Shown: positions 26,297-37,800 of the stretch, one piece after another
Numbering within the stretch: the stretch's first letter is position 1
Layout of the letters: each line of letters opens with the position of its first letter
Assembly (NCBI GenBank): GCA_030141605.1
Contig: JAQGDQ010000655.1
Location: forward strand, 54,110-118,109
Origin: Tubiluchus corallicola
Taxonomy: Eukaryota > Animalia > Priapulida
Reading direction: 5' to 3'
Length of the DNA: 64,000 bases
The notes under the pieces: generated by a model
What the model was told of the DNA's origin: nothing
The model's input: only the letters and a program-made list of their open reading frames with translations
The model's database searches: none
Position numbers and translations under genes: made by a program

Positions 26297-28548
26297 TTGA
26301 TGCAGTACATTGACAAGTGAGAAAGAAGTTAGTACTCAATGTATGTGTGCTTGCATAACAAAATTATTAAGCAATAACATAACATAACATAACAAAAGCA
26401 ATTAAGCTTTTCTAATTATTCACATATCCCGAATCTCCATTTCATGAAGATCATTTTGATACCAAGCTCATCGCTCTATGTTATTTCTAAACTGAAATAA
26501 TTCATGTGGAAGTTCAGGTGCAGGCTGCACACAAGATATCATTGATTTTGATTTGATTTAACTCCTTCTTTCGAAATAGGTTCATAGAATACATAACATA
26601 CAATAATTATTACCCCTCCTCCCAACATATACAAATTAATACATAAGTAAATAAAATAACAGTACAATATATGTATGTATATATATATATGTTTATTGAC
26701 TGATTAAGAGATAGTCGAACATGATACTTTAGTTCAGTCCATAGATCACTACAAAAAAAGGACTTTTGATCATATAACATGACCATTACTGTCAAAAAAT
26801 AACTGAAGAATTATTTACAAATTCCACTTCACACTTATTATCGCCTAACATGATCATTACTGTCCAAAAATCGCTAAACAGTTATTTACAAATTCACAAT
26901 ATGACTTTGGGTTTCCATTGAAAAATTCATGCAGATCGTTGAAGCTCAGTTCAGTGTTATCTTCACGAAGGTGATTAGTAAGTAGACAAAAACAGATAAC
27001 ATGCTCTTCTGTTTGAATATTTAAGCCAGGACAGGAGCATAGCCTGTCCTCTCTTTTTATCCTTGCCCATCTTCCAGTCTCAATATCGTACTTCCAGCCT
27101 GAATCGTCACCCATAATTTCTACCTAATACTTTCCTCCATCCGCTTCTTATGTCTGAAGTGTAAAATGCGTCACTTTATTCAATGCCTTTATAAGAAGAT
27201 TTGAGCTTTGCATTACTCTACTGTATAAACTGTCAACCATCAGACATATGTTGACATGTTCCCTTGCACTAACACACTTTAAAAGGAAAGAAAAGGGACT
27301 TTTAAAGAATCTCCTAAAGAATGCTGCCTGTTTAAAAGACTTATATAATTGAAAAACAAAAACAAAATTCTTATTAATATAAAATGTTCGCCTCACTTGG
27401 TAAAGTGTCACTGCGTCGCCATCCCAGTATGCACCATTGGATCACCAAAAAAAACACCTTACGAATCTTATTGACAATATAAAGCAATTTTAATTTTTGC
27501 TTAGTTTGTGAGGATATGCTAGAATCAGTTTTTCAATCTTTACACAATATTCTCTATACTTCTTTCGACTGACTTACTGTCAAAATGGCTGCCCCTAACG
27601 GTCATTCCGGGAGTTTAAATTTACAAGTTTTATACAGCGTTACTGCTAATACAAGCTCTTTACGCAATAAGACAGCATGTAAATGATATAAAATTTCAAG
27701 ACAATTTTTTAAACGTTATTTATGAAGAGCGTTTTCTTGTCCTTTAAATAATATGATACTTAAGGGAAAACCGGATGATTGCGTAAACATTAGTTCAGAA
27801 TAAAGAATGCTCTAAAATGTTGAAAACTGCAATAGCTTTTTTTTAAATCGAAACTTAGATTAAATAATAATTACCTCGGATAGTTAAATTTCTCTTAAAC
27901 GGTTCAGTGAATCTACTAAGATTGGCAGCGGCGCCTTTTTGTCACGTTCGCGTGGCCGATAAATAGAAGGCGATACCGTGATTAGCATGATCATGAACTG
28001 CAGTGTTACTTTCTGACGTTATATGGCGTAGAGCCAATTTTTCGCGACATCATGCATTTAAGCAGTACTGTAACACCTATGCAAATGTGCTTGATGCGCA
28101 ATGGAAAACAACTCCTGCCCTTGCAGAAACTGTGGTTAGTTTCTGACGTAAGCAATAGCTGTGGCTACCGTTAATTAACTTTCTAAGCTAATTATTCAAA
28201 TATAAGGGACAATAGTCAACTTTTATAGGCAAGAAAATGTATATTTTGGACAGTAACTTAAAATGAGATTGAGTCTAAACAATCATCCGGTCTTCCTTTA
28301 ACAAGTTTTGGTCACTTATTCTAAAACTTACGTATCTATTTTCTGCACGAATGTTAAATTCCTAAAATTTTCAGGGCAAACACACATTTGGCTGTCCTGG
28401 TTACGGTGGGCAGGCAGCGTTTGCCGATCCTACCAATCAGCTTGGCTGGGCATATCTTACTAATGGCATCAGACATCGTGACGTGGACAATAGATCCTTG
28501 AAACTGATGAAGTCCTTGTACCACTGCGTGAACAAGCTACAGAAGTAG
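16954..28548 (+). CDS. Serine beta-lactamase domain protein (lact-2 / family VIII esterase-like), copy A; 7 coding exons, ~435 aa
   Basis: Motifs VVDLWGG, FSVTKG (SxxK), YWPEFG..GK, MLMAHQ, HGYH, PSANG..SARGLA, FGCPGYGGQ.AFADP; exon lengths sum to 1308 nt, in frame. Confidence 0.92.
18432..18930. repeat. 57-bp minisatellite (~7.5 copies) with a terminal inverted unit
   Basis: Unit TCTAATTCAGGTTCATGGGAAAATATGAGAATTGTCAGCAGGCCTATCAAAGTCATG. Confidence 0.95.
19061..19355 (+). CDS. Lactamase copy A exon 2 (catalytic SxxK)
   Basis: GAAFAAYYKGNLVVDLWGG..FSVTKG..YWPEFGKYGK..MLMAHQ; 295 nt. Confidence 0.93.
19690..20238 (-). mobile_element. TIR element family B, partial reverse copy
   Basis: Reverse complement of the family B core and one end. 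Confidence 0.75.
20347..20575 (+). CDS. Lactamase copy A exon 3
   Basis: PFWLPSSTAHGYHIFTHG..LGRFFREEIAEKF; donor gtaagt. Confidence 0.92.
20713..21130 (+). mobile_element. TTAA-ended element family C (Kolobok-like end); related copies at ~17919-18430 (+) and ~27900-28301 (-)
   Basis: TTAAAGGAAGACCGGA..TAGACTCAATCTCATTTTAA shared among three loci. Confidence 0.6.
22880..23164 (+). mobile_element. tRNA-derived SINE, copy 1
   Basis: A-box-like TAGTCTAGTGG, B-box GAGTTCGAACC, non-tRNA body, (ATT)n tail; highly similar second copy at 34.5 kb. Confidence 0.85.
23275..23465 (+). CDS. Lactamase copy A exon 4
   Basis: IEAYVGLPKELNYRVARL; AG/GT boundaries, phase 1 to 0. Confidence 0.9.
23967..24466 (+). 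mobile_element. hAT-like MITE family A, copy 1
   Basis: TIR CAGGGGTGTGCAAATT at both ends, perfect 8-bp TSD GTGTATAT. Confidence 0.92.
24562..24720 (+). CDS. Lactamase copy A exon 5
   Basis: LEFPSANGIGSARGLAKLYGILASGG. Confidence 0.92.
26014..26130 (+). CDS. Lactamase copy A exon 6
   Basis: TSGKDKVVG..FTAGGFYTG, homologous to copy B exon 7. Confidence 0.88.
26341..26532 (+). mobile_element. TIR element family B, 5' fragment
   Basis: TATGTGTGCTTGCATAACAAAA..GATCATTTTGATACCAAG. Confidence 0.7.
26690..27095 (-). mobile_element. Non-LTR retrotransposon 3' fragment
   Basis: IETGRWARIKREDRLCSC..IQTEEHVICFC, a C-terminal Zn-knuckle motif typical of LINE ORF2 proteins. Confidence 0.75.
27900..28301 (-). 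mobile_element. TTAA-ended element family C, reverse copy
   Basis: Reverse complement of 20713-21120. Confidence 0.65.
28375..28548 (+). CDS. Lactamase copy A exon 7 (terminal)
   Basis: GKHTFGCPGYGGQAAFADPTNQLGWAYLTNG..KLQK*. Confidence 0.9.
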   Translation, partial: GKHTFGCPGYGGQAAFADPTNQLGWAYLTNGIRHRDVDNRSLKLMKSLYHCVNKLQK

Positions 28549-29087
28549 GGGAAATTCTGCAGATTTTATTCAGCAATGATGATTGAAAGTGATATGTGTG
28601 CAATAATTTAGATATTGACCTGCATTGTAAATTTTAGGAGTAGATGTTATGGTGGGTAGAGTGCCTAAAAACTTCAAAACTTCTATCAGTGCCTTAAAAC
28701 TTCTATAAGTGCCTTAAAACATCAAACCTATTAGTATCCATCCTCACAGTGGTGGCAAAACAGTGGTGTTATCTTAATCAAGTTATCTTAATTTTACATA
28801 CTATTAACAAATAACAGTCTTTCTATCTTTTATTTCATCTCATATATGAGCTTCATTCATTATATCATTCCATTTTAAGCACTTAATGTTTTTTTATCAT
28901 AAGATTCACTTTAAATTTTCAAATTATTTCCATTACTTTTTTTTCTTTCACAGTGTGGGACAATCTAACAAGCAATGCTTTCTGGTTGCCTGCAACACAT
29001 TTACATTTGTATATAGGTGAACAGTGTGTGAGGCTTTTCCTGTGCAGAAAAAATAAAAAGCTTTTTTGTATTATGTTCATTGTAGGC

Positions 29088-29655
29088 CAGGGGTGTGCAA
29101 ATTGCGGCCCTCCGAGAGATTTTGTGCGGCCCGCGAAGAGATTTGTCAACCTAATGAAAGTGTGGCCCGGGCGATGAATTGAGTGTATCCAGCTGAAGTC
29201 ATCGCCACGATCCCAAAGACAGTGCGGGCAATTTTTTCAACTAGATCGGATAGCATTAACCCTTACAAGACGGTTGTCACTTAATGTTACTGTCGGACAT
29301 GACAAAATTACACATTACTCACTTGGAACACAAAAAAGTGATGTAATAACATGGAGTCAAGGCAGGTTAATATGCACTGTACTACACAGACTGTTTGATA
29401 CACATTACTAATATGCATTGTAATGAAATTACCACTATCTGTCTTGAAAGTAGAAATATATGGTTTGTTATATAAATTTTAATAACTTCTAAAATAGTTT
29501 CTTGAGTGTAGTAGTAATTATGTGCACAGATCGGATGCAAAAAATCGTTATTAGGCCCTTCTGTACTTGGCTCCTTGATCAAACTGTCTGTGGCCCGCAG
29601 GAATTGCGGGAAAGTTTAATGTGGCCCGGCTAGTCAGATAATTTGCACACCCTTG
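29088..29655 (+). mobile_element. hAT-like MITE family A, copy 2 (extra ~80-bp internal segment)
   Basis: Same TIR and body, perfect 8-bp TSD TTGTAGGC. Confidence 0.92.
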
Positions 29656-30258
29656 TTGTAGGCCCTTTCGCTATATATTGTACATGAAACTATTGTAAAT
29701 GTGTAATGGGAAATCAATGACTTGTGACTTAGGACTATAATGCAGAGAAATTTCCTACATTTAGACCTGTGACTGTAAGGACTCATGGTCTCATATTTTT
29801 ATATTACACTATATACTTATGTACAAGTCGAATTTTTGGGAAGCGATTTTAAACTGAAATTTTTGGGGTCAACTTATACTTATGTTTTTGGGAGATGTCG
29901 CTAAAGAGTCGTCTACAATACGAATATGTAAAGAAATAATCCTTCATTTTGTGCTGGACTGAATGAACACTCATACTGTGGTACTTCACATCAGAGAATG
30001 TTCGCATCTTGACATTACTTCACAAAATTAACAAATATTGTTGTAATTTATTTTAATGCATGTGAAATTAAGTTAAAATTTACATTTTACCGGGAAATAA
30101 ACTGGCGACGGAGCACTCGATCAGAACATGGAAATCGCCATTGTTGTGCAGGTGCTGCCGATTTGGTTTATTACTCGGCCATTGTTGACATCATTTACTC
30201 TGGAAGATCGTAATATTTTATGGTCGAGTTGTCACGCATATATACGGTAAGCTAAAAT

Positions 30259-30897
30259 TCGCGTGTTTGCATAGCAAAATCGTCCGTAAATTGGCAATTA
30301 AGCTTTTCTATCCTGAATCTCCATTTCATGAGGATCATTTTGATACCAAGTTCATGGCTCTACGTTATTTCTAAGCTGAGATAATCCACGTTGAAGTTGA
30401 AGTGCAGGCTGCACACTGAAAAACATAATCTTGAGAAAAACGCTGTTAACCTTGGTCAGCCTTTGTTTTTTGTTGCGCCTCTACAAAACACTTAGCAACT
30501 CTACGAAAGTGCTGTTGCAACAGACTTTGCAAAAGCACACTGAAGCCATGTTTAAATCCAGTAGATGGCTCTTCCTGGCGAGGATCTGGGCTTGACAACA
30601 GAAAAAACCCAAAGTAAAATGGCTGCTTCCATTAGGTATTATCGGAGTTTCAACATGCAAGCTTTTTACAATTGCAGCACTAGTTTCTAATCAAAAAAGA
30701 GAGTGTGGGGTTATTTTTGAACATTTTCCTGATAACTTCATGCTAGAATATAAAAGTCCAATATATTTAGCGTTGGTTTTTACAAAATACGAAAAATTGA
30801 CATTTGACCAAATTTTTGGTGCATTCTACTTTGAGGCATCATAGCGTTGTTTTAACTATGCCGACTTGTGAACGGTTTTGGTTTAGAAACACACATA
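30259..30897 (+). mobile_element. ~650-bp TIR element family B, full copy
   Basis: Imperfect TIRs (ATGTGTGCTTGCA.A.CAAAA.CGTCC..AAGTCGGCA); shared core GAGGATCATTTTGATACCAAG. Confidence 0.8.
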
Positions 30898-31929
30898 TTA
30901 TTTTATATTTTGAATGCTAAAATGTGGCAAATGCGTCGCTAAACTATTTTGTTAAGTACATTTCATGTGTATGTAGTATTCTTATATCTTTATGTTGTTC
31001 TTACTAGTTTTTTAGATATTGTTACAGTTATTGCTATTGTTTATACGTGCGAGTTTATAGATATAGTAGTAATTTTAAATATATTACTATTGTTACATAA
31101 GTTTGTGTTAGTATATAATACTCTTTCTGCTTGATGTGACAGTCACGTGATAAAATTTCGCTGCTGCAGGGCTGTTTCAACAGCATTGTGGCCCCCGGCC
31201 AAAGCAGTGTGCTCGGGTTCCTACCTACACAACCACTCACCGGAAAAAAAATTTAAGTGGTCGATAAAATTAAACATATTTGTCGTATTGCTAGTCCCAA
31301 CAGAATCGGTGTTTACTATTTCACCTTGATGAGGTATGTAACTCTTCCTACTAGCATATAAAACAGTTAGTGCTGCAGAAGGACATCAATTTTCGTTTAC
31401 AAATCAGTCTGCTGCAAGTTTACTTTACCTTGATAAGTGTGGTTTTTCATCATTTACTGTATCTAAAAATTTTTTACCGCATGGAAAAGCTTTTGTGGTA
31501 TCTTTATGTGGTTATAGTTGAGTACAAGTTATAAATATGCCCAGCTGTTGTGCGTGTATTAAGCTCTTTAAGCCAAATGCTGCATGGTGCTGTCACCTGG
31601 CAACGAAAATAATACGAAAACAGTTTACACTTGCTTTAAAGAACATGCTGTACAGCAAAGATTCAGCAACACAAACGTTTGAATAATATCACATGAACAT
31701 TAAAAAACAGAAATTTCAATATTGGCAGCAAGTCACGTACTGATATGTACCTAGATTAACATGGGTCACTATGCTTGTGGAGCCCTCGGACAACTGCCTA
31801 GCATGCCCGTGCGTCAAGGCATCCCTGCGCTGCTGCTGGAACAGACTTAATTAATTGCGGTGCAAGAGGGTGTAATCGTGGTGCATACATTTAGAAAGAA
31901 TGAAGTATATTAAAGTATATTTGACTGCG

Positions 31930-32600
31930 CTTGAATTAAACAGACACCGTGGAAATTTTTTTTGAGGTTTATAAAATACAGACTAAGAAAGAAAAACATT
32001 TTCCCTGAAAATTTCTTTAATTTAGTTGTTGATACCCTCAAAAACTAGAGGATATAGTTTAAAACTATTCAAAGAGCGGTCACGTCTGGATATTTGTAAA
32101 TATTCGTTCACTGTGAGAGAACTGAACGAATGGAATAATTTCCTTGCCTTGGTGATTGCCAGGGCCTATTTCAAGGGGGGGGGGACTGGGGATACTTCCC
32201 CGGGGCCTCACCCTAACATTTTTTTTGCTTTATGCGAACATACTGCCTCCTCTCTCCCTCTCTCTCTCTTGCCGCACGCGCGCCGTTTGCCAGTATTGAC
32301 GAATATTAAGAACTGGTCTTGAGAATAAAACCTTTCAATTGTTCTTTCCTTTAACAACTGTATAACTCCATATTTTCTCTTCGAAAATGCTTCTCCGGCG
32401 TTCTAGCAGTTCAAAAATTTTCTGGGCGCCAACCATGGTGACGCCCGCCCACCGGCGCATCGCCCCACCCCCGATGGGGCCTCACACGCCCCATCTTCCC
32501 CGTGCCTCGCCTAGGCTGAAATAGGCCCTGGTGATTGCTGCGCCAACCCTAGAAAGTTTAAATCTTTCATTGACGATTACTTTGTGGAAGAATATCGTGT
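31930..32600 (+). mobile_element. Decayed CR1/L2-type LINE ORF2 3' end, interrupted by a MITE
   Basis: TRGYSLKLFKERSRLDICKYSFTVRELNEWN resembles the CR1 ORF2 C-terminal TRGH..KL....R......F..R....WN motif. Confidence 0.75.
32160..32530. mobile_element. hAT-like MITE inserted into a LINE fragment
   Basis: TIR CAGGGCCTATTTCA/TGAAATAGGCCCTG, perfect 8-bp TSD GTGATTGC. Confidence 0.9.
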
Positions 32601-33476
32601 TTCTGTCAGTATGTTCACTTAACTCCTAATCACAGTAGTATAACATTATAAAGTTCCCTAATTAGTACATTTTTGAAACTTAATTTTTGTTTTGGTTATT
32701 CGTTTTATTTTTGCAACATTTTTTTAATTGGGTCATTTTAAATTACCTTGGGACTTGGAGTATCTTGACTCCAACATCTTTGCTGTAATCTTTGCACTAT
32801 CTTTACCGTGAAGCACCATTGAAAGTACTCTGATCAGTATAATATATCAGTATATCAGTACTACAATCAGTTTAATATCGTATCTCAGATAAATTAATCA
32901 CTATAATAATTTTGTTGCATTGTGTCATTTTATCATATTATCGTTTCATGCACTGTGTTTTTCTTGTGAAAAGATGATAAATAAAGATACTTACTTACTT
33001 ACCTTGCTTGAAATGTGCTTTATAAAATAAATTATTATTATTACCAAATATAAATATTACCAAGTGGTAACGTTTTCCTTTTTTTCACAGGAAAATGTCC
33101 CATGATCATAAAGTATACTGTTGAACTTTCGTAAAATTAATGTATAATAATGCAGTCAGGAATAGAATACATCAACATTGCAATGGTTTCAGTACAATTA
33201 ATTGCCTATCAACTAATCTTGCTGCGACCATTAGCGAGCAGACATGTTCGTGATTTCCTGAAATTAGCTTAGCACACAATGCCTTGGGGCATTTGCGTCA
33301 ATATTCGCGTGTGTCACTGAGCAACGTACCGCGTTCAAATACTGCCGCTTGCAACCTCAGATCAGTGATCACCTAGCTCGCTGAACGTGGACAAAGTCTG
33401 CTGCAATTTCGTGCTTGCTCACACGTTAGTATTTGCATAAGTAGTAAAAAGGGTATACCTTGTACCCTGCCGTTGT

Positions 33477-33574
33477 ATGGAAGTTTGGAGTGCACTCCAT
33501 TCAGTAGCAGGCATGGCTGGTGTCAACGGTGGTCGTGTGAGAGTAGGTTTTGAACATGTGCAAGACGTCTTCAG
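33477..33574 (+). CDS. Lactamase copy B exon 1 (second in-frame ATG at 33513)
   Basis: [33 protein letters not shown]; in-frame stop upstream at 33438; phase 2 donor as in copies A and C. Confidence 0.8.
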
Positions 33575-34778
33575 GTAGGACGATCGATTAATACCTTTTG
33601 CACGAGTATTTCACACAAGCGTGAGGTGTTTTAATTACGTGAAACGACTGCAAATGTACTAAGTAACTTGATTAAGATACTAATGGTGTTTTGCTAGCAT
33701 GCTGTATGTAAAGGGTGTGCTAAAAGAAATCGCGCAGTAGAAATAGATTAATCAAATCGAAAGAAATGTGTTAATACACATGTTTATTATTGTAGAGATT
33801 AGGTGTTACAACTTTATTTCTCTACAGTCTAGGTATGAATTGGACTTACTTTACTTTGTTAATTGTAATATTCAGCGGCGGATACAGGCTTTAGAAAAAG
33901 GCTGGCCCAACGAAATAGCAGCTAGGGGGTCTGGGGAAGCCCGGCTACCAATGCATTTTACTGCATTTTAGACCATTTTTCTGACTGTTTCCTTCAGCAA
34001 ATGCGATAGTTTAAAACTCATTGTGTCACCTCAAAATTTTGATTCTTAATTACACACCAATATACTAGTATACACACTAGTATAGCATATAATTGCACAC
34101 AGTGATATCTTTGCCAAAAACTTCAGTTATCGCTTAAAGGGCGCAACGCTTTTACACTGAAATCATTAATGCAGAACTTTTTACTCGATATAAGTCATTA
34201 AAAGCTACCACTAGACGCTCTAAAGCTTATAATCCAGAGAAAATATTCACTTAGTATGCTGTAACTGCTACTATGAAAGGGGGGGTCCACGCCCCTTTGG
34301 CCCACACCGTAAATTTGCCAATGATATTAGTATGCTGATAGCTTGGGAAGGATTATACTATAGCCTATTATAGGCTGAACCTAGGTCCCCTCAAGCTTGG
34401 AGGAACCTCAAGTCAAAAACATTTGGACAAAATATGTGAGCTAGAATCACATATTATGCTCGTATTTATCAGCACTTTGCAAACTGAGCAAACCATTGCG
34501 ATCCTGAGATTTCATTGGCTTTTTGACCAGACGGTTTAGTCTAGTGGTAATGCATCTGCTTTCCGCCTGGGAGGTCGTGAGTTCGAACCAGCGGCCGGGT
34601 CATACCAAAGACTTTAAAAATGGTACCTGCTGTTGCCCTGCCTGACGCTTGGCATTTAGAGTAAAAGTGGGGTAATAATAGTCCCTGTTATGTAGTTATA
34701 GGTTGTTATTTACAGTCGGCGATAATAGCTCTTTGAGCTAATGTTAATTGTTGACCCAAAAGCCGACTTTAAATAAAG

Positions 34779-34870
<92 letters not shown>

Positions 34871-37800
34871 CATTATTATTATTATTATTGGCAACATTTA
34901 TTTTCTTAAAGAATATTTTTAATGGCAAACAAAAATAGCTGTTTTAGTTTATTCAAAGTTTATTTCAAGATATGTATGTAAATGTGGATAAAATATATGA
35001 AGAGTAAAAAATGTTCAAAACAGGTGCAGGCAAGTTAGTGGGTGGCTTCATCAGAGGGTGCTCCATAATTTCATTATCCTAGGGGTCAAAAAGGTCGTAA
35101 TCCGGCCCTGCTAAGCCATTTTTTGGAACACGCTGTAGCACAGTTCAGTCTTATTTTGGTCTGTATTGTAAACATGGTACTTCAGAATGACACAATAAGC
35201 CTTTATAGCAGTTTCGTTGTGCGCATGTGCAGTTGCTGTAGGTCAAAGGTTAAGTATACAACCGTCTGAGTAACTTTAGTTGTTTTCGTGGACTTTAGCC
35301 CGTGCGGGATCTTGCTTGGAAACAAGAAAAACGAACTAGGTAGGGTTCTATAGCTGGTGTTCGTCCGTTTTCTTAATTACTATTACAATAGCATATAGGC
35401 TGCGAGGCGTTGTCAAGTGTACACAAATGCGTTGTCTGGTTCACTTAACCTTTGACCTTTTCAGGATCATCATCAATCGGCGGAACTGTGAAAAGACTTA
35501 TTATGTCTTTATTGGCTGGCAAAAGATCGGTCATTGTTTTCAACAAACTCATTTTTTTCGGTAATTTTGCACACCTGATGTAACCTATTATTGATTTTTT
35601 TTCTAGACGGAATTTTGAAAAAGGGTGGGAGCACCATGGCGCAGCATTCACTGCTTACCATAAGGGCGAACCCATAGTGGATCTCTGGGGCGGATGGGCG
35701 GACAAAAGAGCGGGGATGCCGTGGAATGAGGACACAATGGCGGTAGTTTTCTCGACCACTAAAGGTGATCTTTCTAATCTATTTTTATACTCTTCGTGAG
35801 AACTACAAGCCAGCATTCAAAGGTATGGCGGCCTACTCCAGGAGATGCTTGTGGCAAGACAGGAACTTTGCTCATTATCATCGAAGAATAACCTTCTAAG
35901 ATTAGGCAGTGGTATCGCTGTCATGTTCAGGTGTACGTGCCACCACGCAACTCATATAAAGTGTGCGTAAAAAACACGCAACCACATATATCCACTTTTA
36001 TTGATTTTATATTGTACTCAGGTCTGCAGTGGGCTTGTATCAAAATTAAAATTAAATTATTGAAATTAAAGAAATGAAACTTAATGCAATACAGTGGATA
36101 CAGTGAATGCACTGTGATCGCGCAGTGCATGCAAGTGAATACAGTGGACCTCTCAAATATGCATGTGAGCGTGGCTTTTTCTAGAACAGACTCATATTCT
36201 GACCCTGTATTAGAGATAGCCATTAGTCACGTGCACACCTGAGCTTATAAAAAGGGAAGGTCTACTGTAGAGCCTTGTCAGTGGTGAGTATCATTTACTG
36301 CAACATGCCTTTTCCAGCTCTTTTCACTGGTTTTGCTGCAAAGTGCTTCCCCCTAGTGTCGACATTTAGGTAAACTGATTGTGTAGTTGTATAAGTTTTA
36401 TAATAGATGCTTATTTCAACCGCATGGTTTGAATTTTGTTTTAGCTGAAACGTTTGGTTAGCCTAAGCAAAAACATTCAACATAATTTTGGTTGCAGTGA
36501 TGTCCTGCCTCCGTTATGAATGGACGGCAGTCCAACATTAACATCGCAATTTTGATGGAGAGTCCGTGTCAGAGAGACACAGTGTCTACTCGAAGTTGAG
36601 TCACATAAGTTCAGAACTGAGTCAGAATCACTCAGTTGGCGTTGCACACAAATTTTAATTATAAAAATTAATCATAAGCTAACCTGAGAAAATTTATACA
36701 TCTGTAATTCAATGAGGAAGACGACCCAATTTTAAATCACAGCTGAAAATAATCTAACACATAAAATATTTAAAAAAATGACTTGTGTGAAAACTAATCC
36801 AAAGGTCTCGCAATTTTGCATTTGCATGGTTGATTTTTCATTGTTGTGTGTGTTCTGCCATTTTGGTTTGATGGGCACTAGCGCTGGCATTTCAGAAACA
36901 CACTGCACAAAAAATAGACTGCATTTGAGCGTAACAACACTGTTCAGTTGTGATGTAGTACACATGTTCGGGAACTCACGCTTAGCGTGGCGGTAAAGTT
37001 AAAATTTAAATTAAAAACATATTTTCACCAAGTTCTTGTGCATCACAGTCAATTTTACACAGTAGCACTGTATTTCAAATTTTGCTTTCGCAGACATGTG
37101 TAACACAGTCAAGTAATGTTTGTGAAAATTATGTTCAGTTGTGATATCTTCACTAGCTGCGCCCATGCCGTTAACTAAAGTTTAAGGTTTTATTGAATTG
37201 TCAGAAACGTTTTGGCTGTATTGTAATGCACATTTTTTCTATGTCCTGTTTTCCTATAAAATATAATTCACCTTATAAAGTTATATGGATGAAGTGCTCA
37301 AAACCGGCTGCAGCCATTTTATAGACTGCTTTTAAACATACTATATGACACGTATATGCATATAAAGTTTGCTAACACCATCATGATCATCATCACAGTC
37401 ATTGTCTTCACAACCATCTATCCATCTGACATAAAAAGGTGTTGACTAACTTGGGATCAAATTATCCTTTCATGTTTCAATAAGTCCTAGCTTAATGATG
37501 CTAATGCATACCACCAGCGTTAAGTGAAACATCGTTAAACGAAACCAACACTTCCATAGAAAGCTATGTAAAAGAATTGGGGTACATTCCAGAGGCAAAA
37601 ATCAATGCTGCTTAAATCATATAAATTAAACGTTTTATATATTTCATACTAATTAATTTCTTTCTGCTAGCTTGAAACCACCTCTCATTCTTACCAATAC
37701 GTACCTAGCTAGCGGTTTTACTTTAATTAAATTTTAAGCCTAGGCAGCTACTTAACAATGAACACTGCAATGTAAAGCCAAGCCCTGCATGAATAAAAAT

